DNA of 62,961 nt, the filler included, from Nemertoderma westbladi (Eukaryota > Animalia > Xenacoelomorpha), in the NCBI GenBank assembly GCA_032718475.1. It is 3 parts of 3 records of this genome, joined end to end, with 100 filler letters (N's around TTAATTAATTAA, not from the genome) between each part and the next. Parts side by side here need not be neighbours in the genome. Positions count along the whole stretch, not along the records: positions 28,152 to 58,060 come from JAUCBJ010000834.1; positions 58,161 to 62,961 come from JAUCBJ010001572.1; 1 more part is not named here. One strand, written 5' to 3'. Below, piece by piece: positions 49,197-61,962 of this stretch (positions are counted from its first letter, which is position 1; the number at the start of each line of letters is the position of its first letter). Made by a program: the position numbers and the translations under genes. The notes under the pieces were generated by a model. That model searched no databases and was not told the origin of the DNA. It saw only the letters and a list, made by a program, of their open reading frames with translations.

Positions 49197-50100
49197 CAGT
49201 CGACATTAGCACCATTACTATTTGTAATTGTGCTGGATTACGCAATGAGGACGACCACAAAGGGTGAAGATCTGGGATTCACACTTCAAGAATGCAGAAG
49301 TAGTAGATATCCAGCACCTACAGTCACAGACAACGACATTGTGGATGACATCGCTCTGTTCTATAATACGCTAGCAGATGCACAGCTTCTACTAAATAAA
49401 GTGGAGAGGGCTGCTAAGTAGGCTGGATTGCATATAAATGCTACCAATACCGAAATCATGACCTTTAATGTTGATGGAAACTTGACAACCATTGATAATA
49501 ATCAACTAGCTAAGGAAGGTCGACGACTTCCAGTACCTTGGATCATGGATAGAGAGTAGCAAAAAGGACATATAAGTTAGGAAAGCAAAGGCTTGGGTAG
49601 CTCTATCAAAAATGGATATCATCTGGAAATCAGATCTCTCCAGGCACCTGCAGACTAAGTTCTTTCGAGTCACAGTGGAAAGTGTATTTTTATACGGGGG
49701 TGAGACCTGGACACTGACTAAATCACTTGAACAACGAATTGATGGTTGCTACACAAGACTACTAAGGGCAGCCCTAAACATCAGCTGGAGACAACACATG
49801 ATAAACACTGAGCTTTATGGTACAATACCACCTGTATCAACCACCCTCCGTGAATGCAGATTAAGATTCAGTGGGCACTGCTGGTGAAGTAAAGACGAGG
49901 TCATACCAGATCTACTTTTCTCGAACCAACTCATGGAAAGCGTAGTCGTGGACGACCAGCCATACCATATATAGATCAACTTGAAAGGGATACTGAACTT
50001 GGGAGAAACGAAATTGCGACAACTATGGAGAATCAGGAAGCCTGGAAGGATCTCATTTCCACTGTTCGAGTTCGCTTGACCTAGTAGTAGTAGTAGTAGT
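49197..50100 (+). mobile_element. 5'-truncated RTE family 2 LINE with (TAG)n tail, intronic
   Basis: TLAPLLFVIVLDY, DDIAL, YLGSWI, FLYGGETW, RLRFSGHCW; TAG tail 50082-50100; absent from the duplicate intron. Confidence 0.9.
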
Positions 50101-51248
50101 AAATATATTGTAATAATGTTATTACAATTTTTTGTGACATAGTGTATTATTGCTTTAGTAATCAGAGGAATCACCATTGTATAATCTTGATGTTATTTGT
50201 TGTTTAAAATGTTTAAAAATGTGTCAGCATTGTATTGGTTATCAGTGTTTTGTTGAGTGATTTTGTGATTACTTAAAGTAATTGTTTTGAATTGGGAAAG
50301 AGCCAATAGTCCAGGTATAAGCGGAACCAGACAAGGAGTAGGCTAACAAACACGAAAATTAATTATACAATAATAAATAGTCAGATAATAATAATTGAAC
50401 TGCCATTGACAAAACAAATTAAAGTAAAATATGTTTGAACGTTAATAAACGTTCAAACAACGTACATATTTAGGTACAAAAAATGAACGCAAAACTGAAC
50501 GCAATTTGAACGTTCAATATTCGTTTGTTTTGGTTCATATTCAATTTCGTTAAAGTTAGGATGTTAAATTACCCAATTTGAACGTCACACATTGGTAAAT
50601 TACTCACAACATCCGGCAAGCTATGTGACAAAACATTGGCACCCCAAGGTTACGAAACGAAAGCGACATGCTAGTAGGTTCTTCCCTGGTCATCCTCGGG
50701 ATGTTAAATAGAAGCCATGCACAATTATTGTACGCAATGCTGATACAGTATATTGGTGTACAATATGCATGATATCTTTCTAGCCAAAATGTTACCTCTA
50801 GAGTAAAGTTGATGTATCTGACCTGTAATATCACGGTCATCATAAGTAGATGAGCAGATAATGTGGCCAAAATAGATTAAGATTCAAATAAGAATAGTTG
50901 GATGCAACAAGCATCTGTGAGCTTTAATTTAATTGTTACACCTATACTCGCCCTGTGACAATTAAACTAATGTGATGTACTAATATATTATAAAACCCCT
51001 ATAGTCATCGTCTTGTTTGTATCTGCATCTGCTTTATGAAGGAACTAATTTGCTTAATTTTATAATTATTCTCAAATCATTATTTATCTTCTATTTTTAT
51101 TTTTTAAGTGCATTGCTCGTCTGTTCATGTTATCTTTGTTAAACAAATGTTTGGGTTTGGCTGATGTATATGTATGGATGCATTTGTTATACGTCATTGT
51201 TTTACTTTTTTTTGTGGTTAATTATTGGTACTATTTTATGCTTTATAG

Positions 51249-51371
51249 ATATTGATGAATGTGATACCGATACTGATAATTGCCACAATGATGCTAGCTG
51301 CACAAATACTGTTGGTGGATTCAGCTGTGCTTGCAATTCCGGCTATGAGGGAACTGGTGAATCATGCACTG
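51249..51371 (+). CDS. second calcium-binding EGF-domain exon
   Basis: same splice signals, 123 bp, phase 1-1; DIDECDTDTDNCHNDASCTNTVGGFSCACNSGYEGTGESCT. Confidence 0.92.
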
Positions 51372-53674
51372 GTAAGTATTTAAGTAACTATTTCAACTCC
51401 TTCATTCTAATTTAGTTTATAATAATGTAATTGACCAAAAGACTGGAAACCCTAAAGAATGCATTGATATTCCTGTTTATTGATATTCCTGATATTCCAT
51501 TAGATGATGCTGAGGATGAAACTTGAAACATATACTATATTTAATTTTTTTACATTTAAACGCCAAAAGTCAATCCTAGACACTAGAACTTCCATAATAA
51601 TAATTTATGAGCCTAAAGCACTTACTTTGTTTGGGTGGGTGTGATGAACACCTGTGGAGTTGGGGTGTACCACATGATCCAATAACATGGTAGTTGTTAG
51701 GTACCCTTCGTTGATTCATATCCTACAAGACTAGTGATGGTGACTTGTAGCGGATGTAGTGCAAGAAGGATGCTGGTGCTATTATTGTACATGGTTGATC
51801 TTTACTTGATCAAATAAAGATCAACATCAAATTTGCACATGTTGCAAATGATATTACTGATAAAGGTAAAGTGTTTGGTATAGACAAGTTGTCATTTGTG
51901 TTGGTTTTCTCATAGCTATTTGCATCCATGCGGTCCTATCTGCACACTACTTTAGTATAAAATAAACCCAGAGATGGTTGCCATTATCAGTTCTCTAAAT
52001 GCCAGGTAATCATGAAACCAGGACTGAAAGACACTACCGATGCCAAACAACGTATTTGGCACAGATTATGTACAATGTACATACATACATGCTGTACACA
52101 CATACATAACATCCATGTTCCCAGGATCTTTATGGAACCCATTCATATTTCCACATAGCAGTTTCTCAATGGGATCACAAATTTGAAAATAAGACGGTAG
52201 CGATTGTTGGTAAAAAGTTTGTGGTTAATTTAATTCTATTTTGGTCCTTTAGGTAATTTTTGTTTAATTTGTCTAATGAAGTCCTATTTATTACATCGAA
52301 AATAAACAGTTTTTTGCTTTTCCTGTAAAATAAAAAAAATTGAGTATGGACCTTTAGGGGGGTATAACTATCTGACCCATTAACTTTGGTATTTATACAA
52401 AAAACGACCTAATTTTCATCCACCACCACTCAGGTAGCACAAATACATAAAATTACGTTCATTATTCGTCCAGACGTTCTGAATTTATGTTCATATGACG
52501 TTATATTTCTCCCATAGGATTATATTATTGTTGAACGTTCAATAGTTCAAAGTTGGCCGTCAGAAGTACGTTAAATGAACTGATACTTGAACGTTAAAAG
52601 ACGTTATGAATCTACTTTCCAATGTCGTTTGATCTGTGTTCACTAGACGTTCATTTCTGGTGTGTTATAGGTCCATATTAGGTAGAAAAATCGTAAAAAT
52701 GTAGTGTGAGACCAACCAATCACTGTTTGTGTATGCATGTTATGTGTAGAGCAGAGGGAAGGGGGTGTGGGGGGGGGGGGGGGGGTTAGCCTACCTTATC
52801 CAATCGGCTACACCCTATCCTACGGCCCTTCACCTACAATACCCTATTCATTTCGAGAAGGAAGCATCAGAGTATATATGAAAATATTTAATCAATAGTG
52901 ATATGAGAGTATCCATATTATGGTGATGATCCACAAATTCGCATTCGATTAGTCAGATTTATATAATTTATCTTATTTCCAGCCAAAATAGAATCATATT
53001 GATGAATTTACAAAAATTAATTATAATTTTAAGACTTTATAATTGGTATTTTAAATTTTATATCTTTTCAAAAAGGTAATAATACACACAAAAAGCAATT
53101 TAAGTGTAGTTAAATTTTGATGTTATTTGTTGTTTAAAAATGTGTCAGCATTGTATTGGTTATGAGTGTTTTGTTGAGTGATTCATTTTGTGATTACTTA
53201 AAGTAATTGTTTTGTATTGAGAAGGAAACTGTGTAAGCGGATTCAATTCCCTTCATTCTCCACCCTAAAATGGGACCCGTGGCATTTTACCCATATAGTC
53301 GGCGATACGAGATTACCAATAATAATCTCGCCTCATAACAAACTCGGGGGGGGGGGGGGGGGGGGGCAGCACAGGCCCTAAAGCCACAGAGAGAGGTGAG
53401 AGGTCAAACCACCTCAAAGGGAGAACCCAGCTAGTCAAGGCTAGTGGAAGGGGGTAACACTTACAGGGAGTGCCAAAGTGACAATTAGTATATAAGCCAA
53501 TAGCGGGCAGGGGAGCATGTGGGGAAAGATAGGAAAGCATCCATTGGATAGCGAAGGCCAAAGTAGAGTAGAGGAGGAACCAATATGAATGTGTATCAAT
53601 CATATATTTACTCTGATTACTGGTTTACCGGTCAGTTCATTAATCACAGAGTAGCAGACTGGTTATAGTTTTAA

Positions 53675-54388
53675 GGGGGGGGGGGTACACCATTTTCGGA
53701 CAACTCTTCGATTTATCACTCTCAGCGTTTCAAAATTGTTTGATTTTGGCTAAAATTTGGTATATAGGTGCCTAAGATGCTATTCTACATGACAGGTCAG
53801 AAAAATTTTTTTTTTCGCTATTTAATATTAGTTAATACTAGTTAACAACAAAAAAAACTTGGCTGCGCTTAAAACCCTAAGGCTTTTACAGTTTTGAACC
53901 TAATCACATGAAAGTTTTTTTATATGATAGATCAAAGATGGGGCAACATAACTATCAGGCGAAATTTTGTTAAAATAATTGTGCTCCGCTAGGTGGCGCT
54001 GCAAATTTATGCAAATTTTTAGGTTTTTTATAAATAGTATTAAATTTTATTAACAAAAAATTTCGAAAAGTTGCCTGATACTTTTATGCAGGGTGGCTAT
54101 CTAGACACCCACAGGAAGTTTCAGACTAATTACTCAAAAATTGTAGAAGTAGTAGGGTTTTGAAGTTGACAATTTCATGAAAAAAATATTTGGAGATAAT
54201 CGACCTTTCATTATACATAGTAATAGTAATTTCAATAGGATTCCGTAAATGGAAATTTACATAACTTGAAAACTAAAAAAGCTATTAAATAGCGGTTTTC
54301 AGATTTGGAAACACCATTCAATGGTGCATTACAATATACCATAAAAAAAATTTCGACATATTTTGGACCAAAATGGTGTACCCCCCCC
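53675..54388. mobile_element. non-autonomous Kolobok-like MITE
   Basis: TTAA at 53671-53674 and 54389-54392; TIR GGGGGGGGTACACCATTTT at both ends; GG...CC termini. Confidence 0.8.
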
Positions 54389-54790
54389 TTAACCATCACT
54401 TTATACACTGCTGTTATAATTCTGTATTGCAATTTCAATCATATACTGTTATACATTCTGTGCTATTATCATTGAAACATTAACATCGAGAAACACAAAC
54501 TCTGTTATTTTCCCGACGGCCTTCGGCCACAGATATAAGTTCAGCAGCCTAGCAGAAAGTGACGCGTATAACCTAACCCGGTCGGGATCCTTGAACTCGA
54601 TCCTGTCACAGTTAAAACTATCCAGCTTACAACTAAAACTGTGACCGCAATACAATGAGATCGAGATGAGCGAACTGAGGCCCCGAGAACAGGAGGGAGA
54701 AAGAATGCCGCCGCAGACCCTGGATGACACCAACCAAACGATACCCAAGCGGAGGACGGCCGACAACTACGAGGAGGGAAAGACAATGAT

Positions 54791-55675
54791 GTGTCGACGC
54801 GCGACGACGACGGCGGTCGGAGTACTGAAGTCGCCGGCCAGCCACAGGCCGAGGGTAACGGACGGCCCACCGGAACGGCTACGGTGGGGCCGCCGGTACG
54901 ACGCCGGACGAGGAGGGAAGGTAGAGTCAACGATGAGGAAGTCGGGACGAGCGATCGCCTGCGACGGGTGTACAACGCCACTAAGAAACTACTGAAAGAG
55001 GCTAAGGAGGGGAGAAAGGTAGACCAGCCTAGACTATACCAGAGGCTAGGTGAGTCGAATAAACATTTTCGTTACTTAGTTCGTTTTGGACAGGGAGAAC
55101 TGGCGAGTGAGAGAGCAAGAAGGGTCGCCACAGAATTGTTTGAATTATGGCGGTCCGAGGTAATGGAGCCAGATGTAGTGTACATAGGGCCTTACTTAGT
55201 AGATGCTAGGGGAATTAAGTTAGTGGGATGGGTGGACCTGCATGACGGCGAATCCGAGGTTAACCCCAAGGATTCGGTTTCGTCGGTTAGTAAGAACCCC
55301 AGTAAATGGGGGAAAATCAGTAGAACAGAGAGGCGACGGGAGTCCGTCACGACTGATAAGTCCGCTACATCCTCCGCGAAAGCAAGAAGGGTGTTAGAGA
55401 TAGATCTGGCATGTCAACTAGACATTGTGGCGCTGGATCAAAAGGAATTGGAGAGGCAGTTAGATGAGGGAACTGCGCTATTAGAGAGAGAGAGAGAATT
55501 AGCGAGAGAGTGTAAAGAGAGAGCCGAGAGGGTGGCGAGAAACTATAGGGAGTGGGAGGAGAGAGAGTTAGGTGAGCGTAAAGAGCACGGGGAGCGGGTG
55601 GCTAGAGTAGAAAACGAGCGCAAGGAGTGGGAGGCAAGAGAGGTGAACGAGCGCAAGGAGTGGGAGGCAAGATAG
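54791..55675 (+). pseudogene. BEL gag N-terminal region
   Basis: 294-aa ORF with PxDSVS motif and E/R-rich coiled coil, collinear with downstream capsid-like region. Confidence 0.7.
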
Positions 55676-56299
55676 GTGAATGAGCGTAGAGGGCGGGAGG
55701 CGAGGGAGATAGAATTAGCCAACCAGAGCATGAGGGAGGACAGAGATAGAGAGAGGGCTGGTAAATGGATGCGGGATGATATGCATACCCAGCTGAGGGG
55801 GTTAATGCAATATCAAGCGAAGCAAAAGCGCTGATGAGAACTGGCAAAAATGGGATTATCGGAGAGTGAGGCTGGTTCGGGTAGTATTTACGAAGAACCA
55901 GAGGTAATGGAAACCTTTGTTAATACCCCACTTACAGGTACCGGACGACAGACCCAGGACTGGAGTAACCATACGGGCTGGGGGGTAATAATAATAATAT
56001 GTTAGAGGGAGTTAATATTAATAGTACCGTAATAGACAAACCCTATTCAAACCTTTCTTGCAGGAAATAATGTTTTACCCGGTAACAATAACCCTAATTT
56101 AAATGTGCAAAGTAATCTAAATAATACAAATAATTCTGAGCAAAATAATTTAAATAATTTAAATAATTTTGGTAACATCAATACGTTAAACAACCCTGAA
56201 GAAATTAACCAAAATAATATCATTAGTAATAGTGTAACAAATCAGGGCGAAATTAATAATGGTGCAATTAATACAAACATTTAGGGAACAGGTGGGCCG

Positions 56300-56470
56300 G
56301 CCAACGAGAGCCTGCAAGGCCACGCAGTTGCACAGGGGGAAGAGGGGGTGAGTCAACCCAATGAGAGCCTGCAAGGCCACGCAGTTGCACAGGGGGAATA
56401 GGGGGTGAGTCAACCCAACGAGAGCCTGCAAGGCCATGCAGTTGCACAGGGAGAAGCGGGGGTGAACAAA
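56300..56470 (+). repeat. 57-bp in-frame tandem repeat x3 within gag
   Basis: CCAAYGAGAGCCTGCAAGGCCAYGCAGTTGCACAGGG repeated at 57-bp spacing. Confidence 0.9.
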
Positions 56471-57449
56471 TATAGCGAGGGTAGAGATAGTGCATCGACT
56501 AGAGAGGGGTGTAGGGATGAAGTAAGAGGTGACGGATGGGGGGGGGCTACGGGCGCCCCACCACAAGCGATTAGTGCCGAGAGGGGGGGGGGGGGGGGGG
56601 GGGGGTGGGGGGGGGGGGGCAGAGAATGTCCCACAAGCATCAACGGGAAATGTGTGCGTGCGGGTGTGGCAGAGAATGTCCAACAAGCGTCGGCGGGCAA
56701 TGCGCGCGGCGAGTTAGGTAAACCGTGGCTCCCGACGACAGAGAATAGTAGGGGGATTGCGAATATCCCCAGGACCGTCCAATCGGGCAGAGAGAGAGAC
56801 GTTGGCGCCGTGAGCGGGTGAGCGAGAAGACGTCGAGCCCAGTCGGAAGACGGAAGAAGAACAGTGCAATTTATCCGGGAGGTAGAAGAGAGATCTCACG
56901 AGGAGGAACACCAAACCCCCCAGACCCAAATAAGTCGTGTGACACGGAGATATGCAGGGGACCGTTACCCCCGATGATATATCCTACACAAGGAAAGTCG
57001 ACAGGCCCAACGGGCGAACCGCAACCAACAGCAGGGGAGTCTGCACCACAACCATCGAGCGCGCTAGAAGTACAAGCGATGGGAATGGCAACACTCATCG
57101 ACCCCCCCCCTGCTAATGACCAGGATCGAGCTAACACCAGTGGAGCCATTCAAATTCGATGGTAGTAAGCCGAAGGAATACCTGCAATTCCGGCGTATGT
57201 ACAGTAACGAAATATTAACGAAGAACCTGACGCAGGCGGAGCGCCTTAAATACTTACAAGTTTACACAGGGGGGCCAGCATACGACATCGTAAGGCAGTA
57301 CCAAAGTATCGAAGGTGGATTCACGACTGCATGGCGGGCCCTAGACAGGGAATTCGGACATCCTGCTAAGATCATCCGACAAACCGGGGAATAACCGGGG
57401 AATAACATCAGGCGGACTACAGGATAACCCTGTCAGCATCAAGACCTTC

Positions 57450-58060
57450 AGGTTCAGGCCTTATGGTCAGGTCAGGTATTCTAGGTCATTGATCAAGAAA
57501 ACTTGCCACCTCCATGCAGCATAAAGGAGGTGCCACCTGTAGCTGCATAGACCCTCTTACTAGGGCAAATCTGGTCCTGTAACTAGGACCCCCTTCGTTC
57601 TGGGATAAGGACGCCGTTGGTCCTGGATTAAGGACCCATATACTTGGCTGCAGGGGTATATGGCCTGACCAGGCAGATGGTGATCTACCAATGGCTGGTT
57701 AGGAGTAGAGTGTTCTCATGTCCACTCTGAGAGCACTTCACTGCGACCTGCACCTGGCAGCAAGGGTACAGGGCATGACCCAGCAGATGAGCAGCAACAG
57801 CCAATGGTGGGTCATGTACACCAGAGTAGATATGGGTGATGGGCCTCATATCTGACTCCATTGCGACACCTACCCTGTGGAATGGCAAACCAGGGTGTGG
57901 TATTTGCCACGAGAGCTGACTCGGCAAAAAAGCACCCCCAACCCCCACTATGGATTACATTAGCAATGCGGAGGTCTGGCCACTAGAGGCCAGGGAATTA
58001 CCGGACACAATCGGCCTCACAGGCGTCAGTTAACTCCTGACCGGCTGCCTGTCTCACCCC
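57450..58060 (+). mobile_element. possible 5' UTR/N-terminus of an RTE-type LINE truncating the BEL copy
   Basis: GC-richer sequence starting abruptly where BEL homology stops; AATGGCAAACCA motif reminiscent of RTE 5' UTRs; runs into the gap. Confidence 0.3.
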
Positions 58061-58160
58061 NNNNNNNNNNNNNNNNNNNNNNNNNNNNNNNNNNNNNNNN
58101 NNNNTTAATTAATTAANNNNNNNNNNNNNNNNNNNNNNNNNNNNNNNNNNNNNNNNNNNN
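58061..58160. other. artificial contig linker/gap
   Basis: 44 N + TTAATTAATTAA + 44 N. Confidence 0.97.
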
Positions 58161-58700
58161 AAAGAAGGTCGCCACCTGCTCCTCTTGAGGTTTATCCATT
58201 AAGCGCGTTATCATCTGGTAATTCTGCCAGGCGGTACGCCAGTGCTGGAATGTAGCCAGCTTTATGTTCCGCTCCAGTTTATCCGATGTGCGGACCTGGA
58301 GTTTTACGATAGGGGCGTTGTGTTGTGTGCGCCCGCCGGTTCCCTGTGTTGGGGCAGCTGGGTTGTGGTTGAAGAGGCGGATAAACTCCTCGCGTTCCTC
58401 GCGTCTGCGTTCTTCGCGTTCCTCGTCATCCGCACGGCGTTGTATCTCGAGACGCTCAAGGAGTTGTACGAGATCTGTTGTACCCTGGGTCGGTGCCGCA
58501 GGTGTATAGTCTCCCTCGATGTAACGGAGTAACTTACGCCGCAGGGAAACAGTTGAATCCTTTGGATTCGCATGGATATTCACATTTTCGCAATGCCGCA
58601 AGAGGGATGCGCGATCCATCGTCGCCACGTCATCCTCCTCCAACTCGGTCGTGTCGTCCAAGTTGGGTTTGCCACCAACGGTAGCCATTGTGTAATCCAA
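58161..58700 (-). CDS. Gypsy (Mag-like) gag N-terminus, cut by the gap
   Basis: ATG 100 bp after the PBS; coiled coil then KLERNIKLATFQHWRTAWQNY..L..EEQVA capsid start. Confidence 0.75.
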
Positions 58701-58795
58701 CCGCCGGTACCGGTACCCCTATCCGTGTAGGCCTACCGGTTGCAGTGTTGAGTTCCGTATCATAGGTTCCAGCTAGCGAACGTCGCTACCGAAAT

Positions 58796-58807
58796 ATAAC
58801 TGCGCCA
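58796..58807 (-). promoter_or_regulatory. primer binding site
   Basis: TGGCGCAG directly after the LTR-terminal ...GATACA. Confidence 0.65.
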
Positions 58808-59062
58808 TGTATCGTTCTTAACTTTACATAATAATATTAAGAGTAAAAAGAACGCCAGTGTGTAGATTGTAATAAAGTAATATTGGTAAAGCATACCGGT
58901 ACTGCAGCTGTATACTGCAGTACTGTTATGGCTGTATAGGGCACAACTGCACAATGCAGCAAAGTTTGAATGTACCAGAGTCAGTACCCTATATATGTAT
59001 TCTCGCAGCTACACGTAGATTGTTATAGTAGCTACGCGTAGGTTATCTCATATAAAATAACA
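58808..59062 (-). mobile_element. 5' LTR (~255 bp) of the Gypsy element
   Basis: TGT...ACA termini, internal TATATA, adjacent PBS and gag. Confidence 0.7.
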
Positions 59063-60099
59063 ACCCAGCACCAATACACCGATTAACACCAATTATAATA
59101 TAATAAGTAATGGTGGTAGATAATGTCCGGGATACTCCAACGATCGGTAAATAAAATGCCTCGAGAATAGTGAAAAAAAGTTCTACTTTTTCTCCCATGT
59201 AATAAATAATTATTATTTGTTGTATACGAGTCACTTTTTTAGTCAAAGTCGTTTATCATGTTTGACATAAAAATAGCACTTTTTCTGCCAACACAAAAAG
59301 TAATGTTTCCATGACATTAATTATAATATTGCATTTAAATAGATTAAATAGATAATATCTATAATAATAGCTAGTTTTGGCTTATTTTATTATAAATGTT
59401 CTAGAACACATTTTTTTTCTAGAACATTTTTTGGAAAAAAAATACCATACTACTGTCAGAAGGTCAAATATTTGTTCTAGAATAAAAAACCTCATGATAA
59501 AAGCCTATTTATATGAAAAAAATTGGTTAAACTACGGGTACCCAAGGTGTTATAGTAATGCCCGTATTTAACTATGGAAGAAGCTTCGATGGACGATATT
59601 TATGCTGAAATAGGTCCAGATAAAAGTGAGAGAAGATTTACAACAAATAAAACGACGTAAGTGGTGGAAAAAAGTAACATTTTTTGCCTCTAAATTTATA
59701 CACATTAGTATTTTGATAATATTGTTGTATTGGTTAATTTTCGGTTAAATATAAAACGGTTTTCAGATTCGGAATCTACAGACGAAGGCGCTTCGAATGA
59801 TATCTAGATTACATTTCAAAGACGTAAAATAAAGTCTACGGAGGTGGTTAAACATTGCTAAATAGACATTTTTTAAGGGATTGTTGTATGGAAATAACTG
59901 AGAAATTGAAAAATCCGGCCAGGCCACCAGTAAGAAAAGGTGTCGTTCTATCATCATACCGAATTTCGTAGCATTTTATTGAAATTTGAAAAAAATTAGG
60001 GGGGGGGGGGGGGGGGGGCTCCGACCCCCTAAAAATGGTTGTTGTATTAAGGGTTATGGTGTAGTTAGTTATGGTTGCGAGTATTTTATGGAGCTATTT

Positions 60100-60380
60100 A
60101 ATTTTTTATTAGCTAGTGGGGCGAGCCACGAAAGTAAGCGAGTTTAGCATACGGGTACCACTAACTCAATCGGTGTGTCTGTCGTTCTGTTGAGTTCAAT
60201 TTTAAACGTTAATAACTCAGCCAAATCTTAATGAAATCTATCCAAACTTGGTACACATGTTGTTTGGCAAAAGTTTAGAAATTTTCCAAGTTGAATTTGC
60301 ATTTGGCCTTCGAGAAGCTAAGTTAAGAGCAGTTAATTAATTAAATTAAAATTTATTAAGTTGAATTAAGTTATTAAATA
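60100..60380 (+). mobile_element. HINE/DINE-1-like 5' fragment
   Basis: T-run start, short GTCT-type repeat, ATAACTC...AAACTTGGTACACATGTT core. Confidence 0.4.
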
Positions 60381-60384
60381 AGGG

Positions 60385-61962
60385 TTCACCGCCGCAACTA
60401 CCGCCGTCAATACCGGACCAACCGAATGATTAGCTAGATCGCCAAATAGAGCCGTCCGAAATAGCAGCTGCAATATCAAATACGAAGCCCCATAAGGCAG
60501 CCGGGCCTGATGGAGTGGCAAATGAGGCACTAAAATCAGGGCTTCTACAACTACTCCCGTATCTTCTAAGTTTGTTCACCCTCTGTTTTTCCTTAGGAGC
60601 TTGCCCAATAGTTTGGTTAACCTCATATCTACTCCCGCTCTATAAAGGAAAAGGAAAGAAGACATCCCCAGACAGCTATCGCGGAATAGCTCTCCTATCG
60701 TGCCTGTTAAAGGTCTATACAGCTATTATTTTTGGGCGACTATATGTTTGCTGAGAACAAAGGTATTCTCCCCGCTACCCAGTATGGTTTCCCCATAGAC
60801 CTCCGCCCGTACTCGAGGTTATTCAACCCTGATGGCCATTAAACGTATATATATTCATATAACAGTTGCCTTACAACCAGCTGGAGGTCATGCGTATTGC
60901 GTATTTGTAGACTTTACGAAGGCGTTCGACTCAGTCAACAGAGAAACCCTATGTCAACGTCTGGCAACTTTTGGTGTCAGCCGAAAGTTAATTGCGGCTA
61001 TATGGGCACTTATCGCAGTAAACTACGTCTGCATTTGTATTGGGACATGTATAATGGAACCGATTACTCAAACTGTAGGAGTCATACAAGGTGATAAGCT
61101 ATCGCCCTTACTGTTTAGTATCTTTGTGGCAGATCTTCCATCCATTCTCATGGGAGCCCTCTGCCTTGTTATTATGTATGCAGATGATCTTGTCATAGTT
61201 GGGGATTCAATTAAGACCACTCAGGACGCTCTAGACAGGTTATCTAATTACTGCCGGGTCAATGACCTTACGGTCAACCTATCAAAATCAAAAGTAGTAA
61301 AATTTCGCAAAGGTGGACGGTTAGCTCAAAGCGACATATTATATTACAATGGCTCCAAACTTGAATTCAAAACCACTTTTAACTACCTAGGCGTCATTCT
61401 CTCCACAAAAAATGGACCATCCGCGCATTATCAGCACTTATACAAAAAGGGTGTGGCCAGCTCCATCTGTATTGCAACTAAAGCAAATATGCAACATATA
61501 TCGCTAGACTCAGCAAAGCGGCTCTGGGCCTCAGTAGTCTACCCCTCAGCAACATATGGATGCACCGTTTTTACCTCACTGGAAAACATACCGCAACTAG
61601 AACATGTACATCGCGTAAGAGCCTTCTATTACAAACTATGGTGCAGCATTAGTAAGTACTCATCCTCAACTGCCGTACTAAACGCAATCGATAACTGCGA
61701 TGGTGCAGAAATAAATCTCGTGTCCCTAACTGGGTTCCGCCGCAGAGCCGCAGCCCAGCTAATCGCCAATGGCTGCCATCATCGATTGTGTAAGAAGCCC
61801 AGCTGCTGGAGGCCCATGGATAACTGTGTTTGTTGGTTATGTAACAGTAACGCTACCTCGGCCGCACATTATTCACAATGCCTTGGAATTCCGACCAATT
61901 TATCAGTATTAAGGTGCGTGTTCGCGCTTTCAGACCTTTGGCAGTTTAACCCACCAAATTAA
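60385..61962 (+). mobile_element. 5'-truncated RTEX-like LINE RT with C-terminal Cys/His motif
   Basis: KAAGPDG, SYRGIAL, QYGF, FVDFTKAFDSV, GVIQGDKLSP, YADD, YLG; ORFs 60515-60754 and 60832-61962. Confidence 0.88.

Larger units (their letters stand above)
47575..51496 (+). repeat. tandem segmental duplication of an exon-plus-intron unit (~2.8-kb offset)
   Basis: 47575-48578 plus 49084-49196 match 50400-51496; 50185-50295 matches 53115-53225. Confidence 0.9.
53232..57449 (+). mobile_element. second BEL/Pao family (copy B): putative 5' LTR plus frameshifted gag, 3'-truncated
   Basis: duplicated host intron breaks off just before TGTAAGCGG (53232); TATATAA at ~53488; gag ORFs 54791-55675 (EVNPKDSVSS, coiled coil) and 57116-57394; LTR end/PBS not resolved. 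Confidence 0.75.

Noticed and set aside
42731-57449. Direct repeats 42731-44268 / 55465-57449 as LTRs
   Set aside because: They are gag-coding internal sequence of two copies of one family
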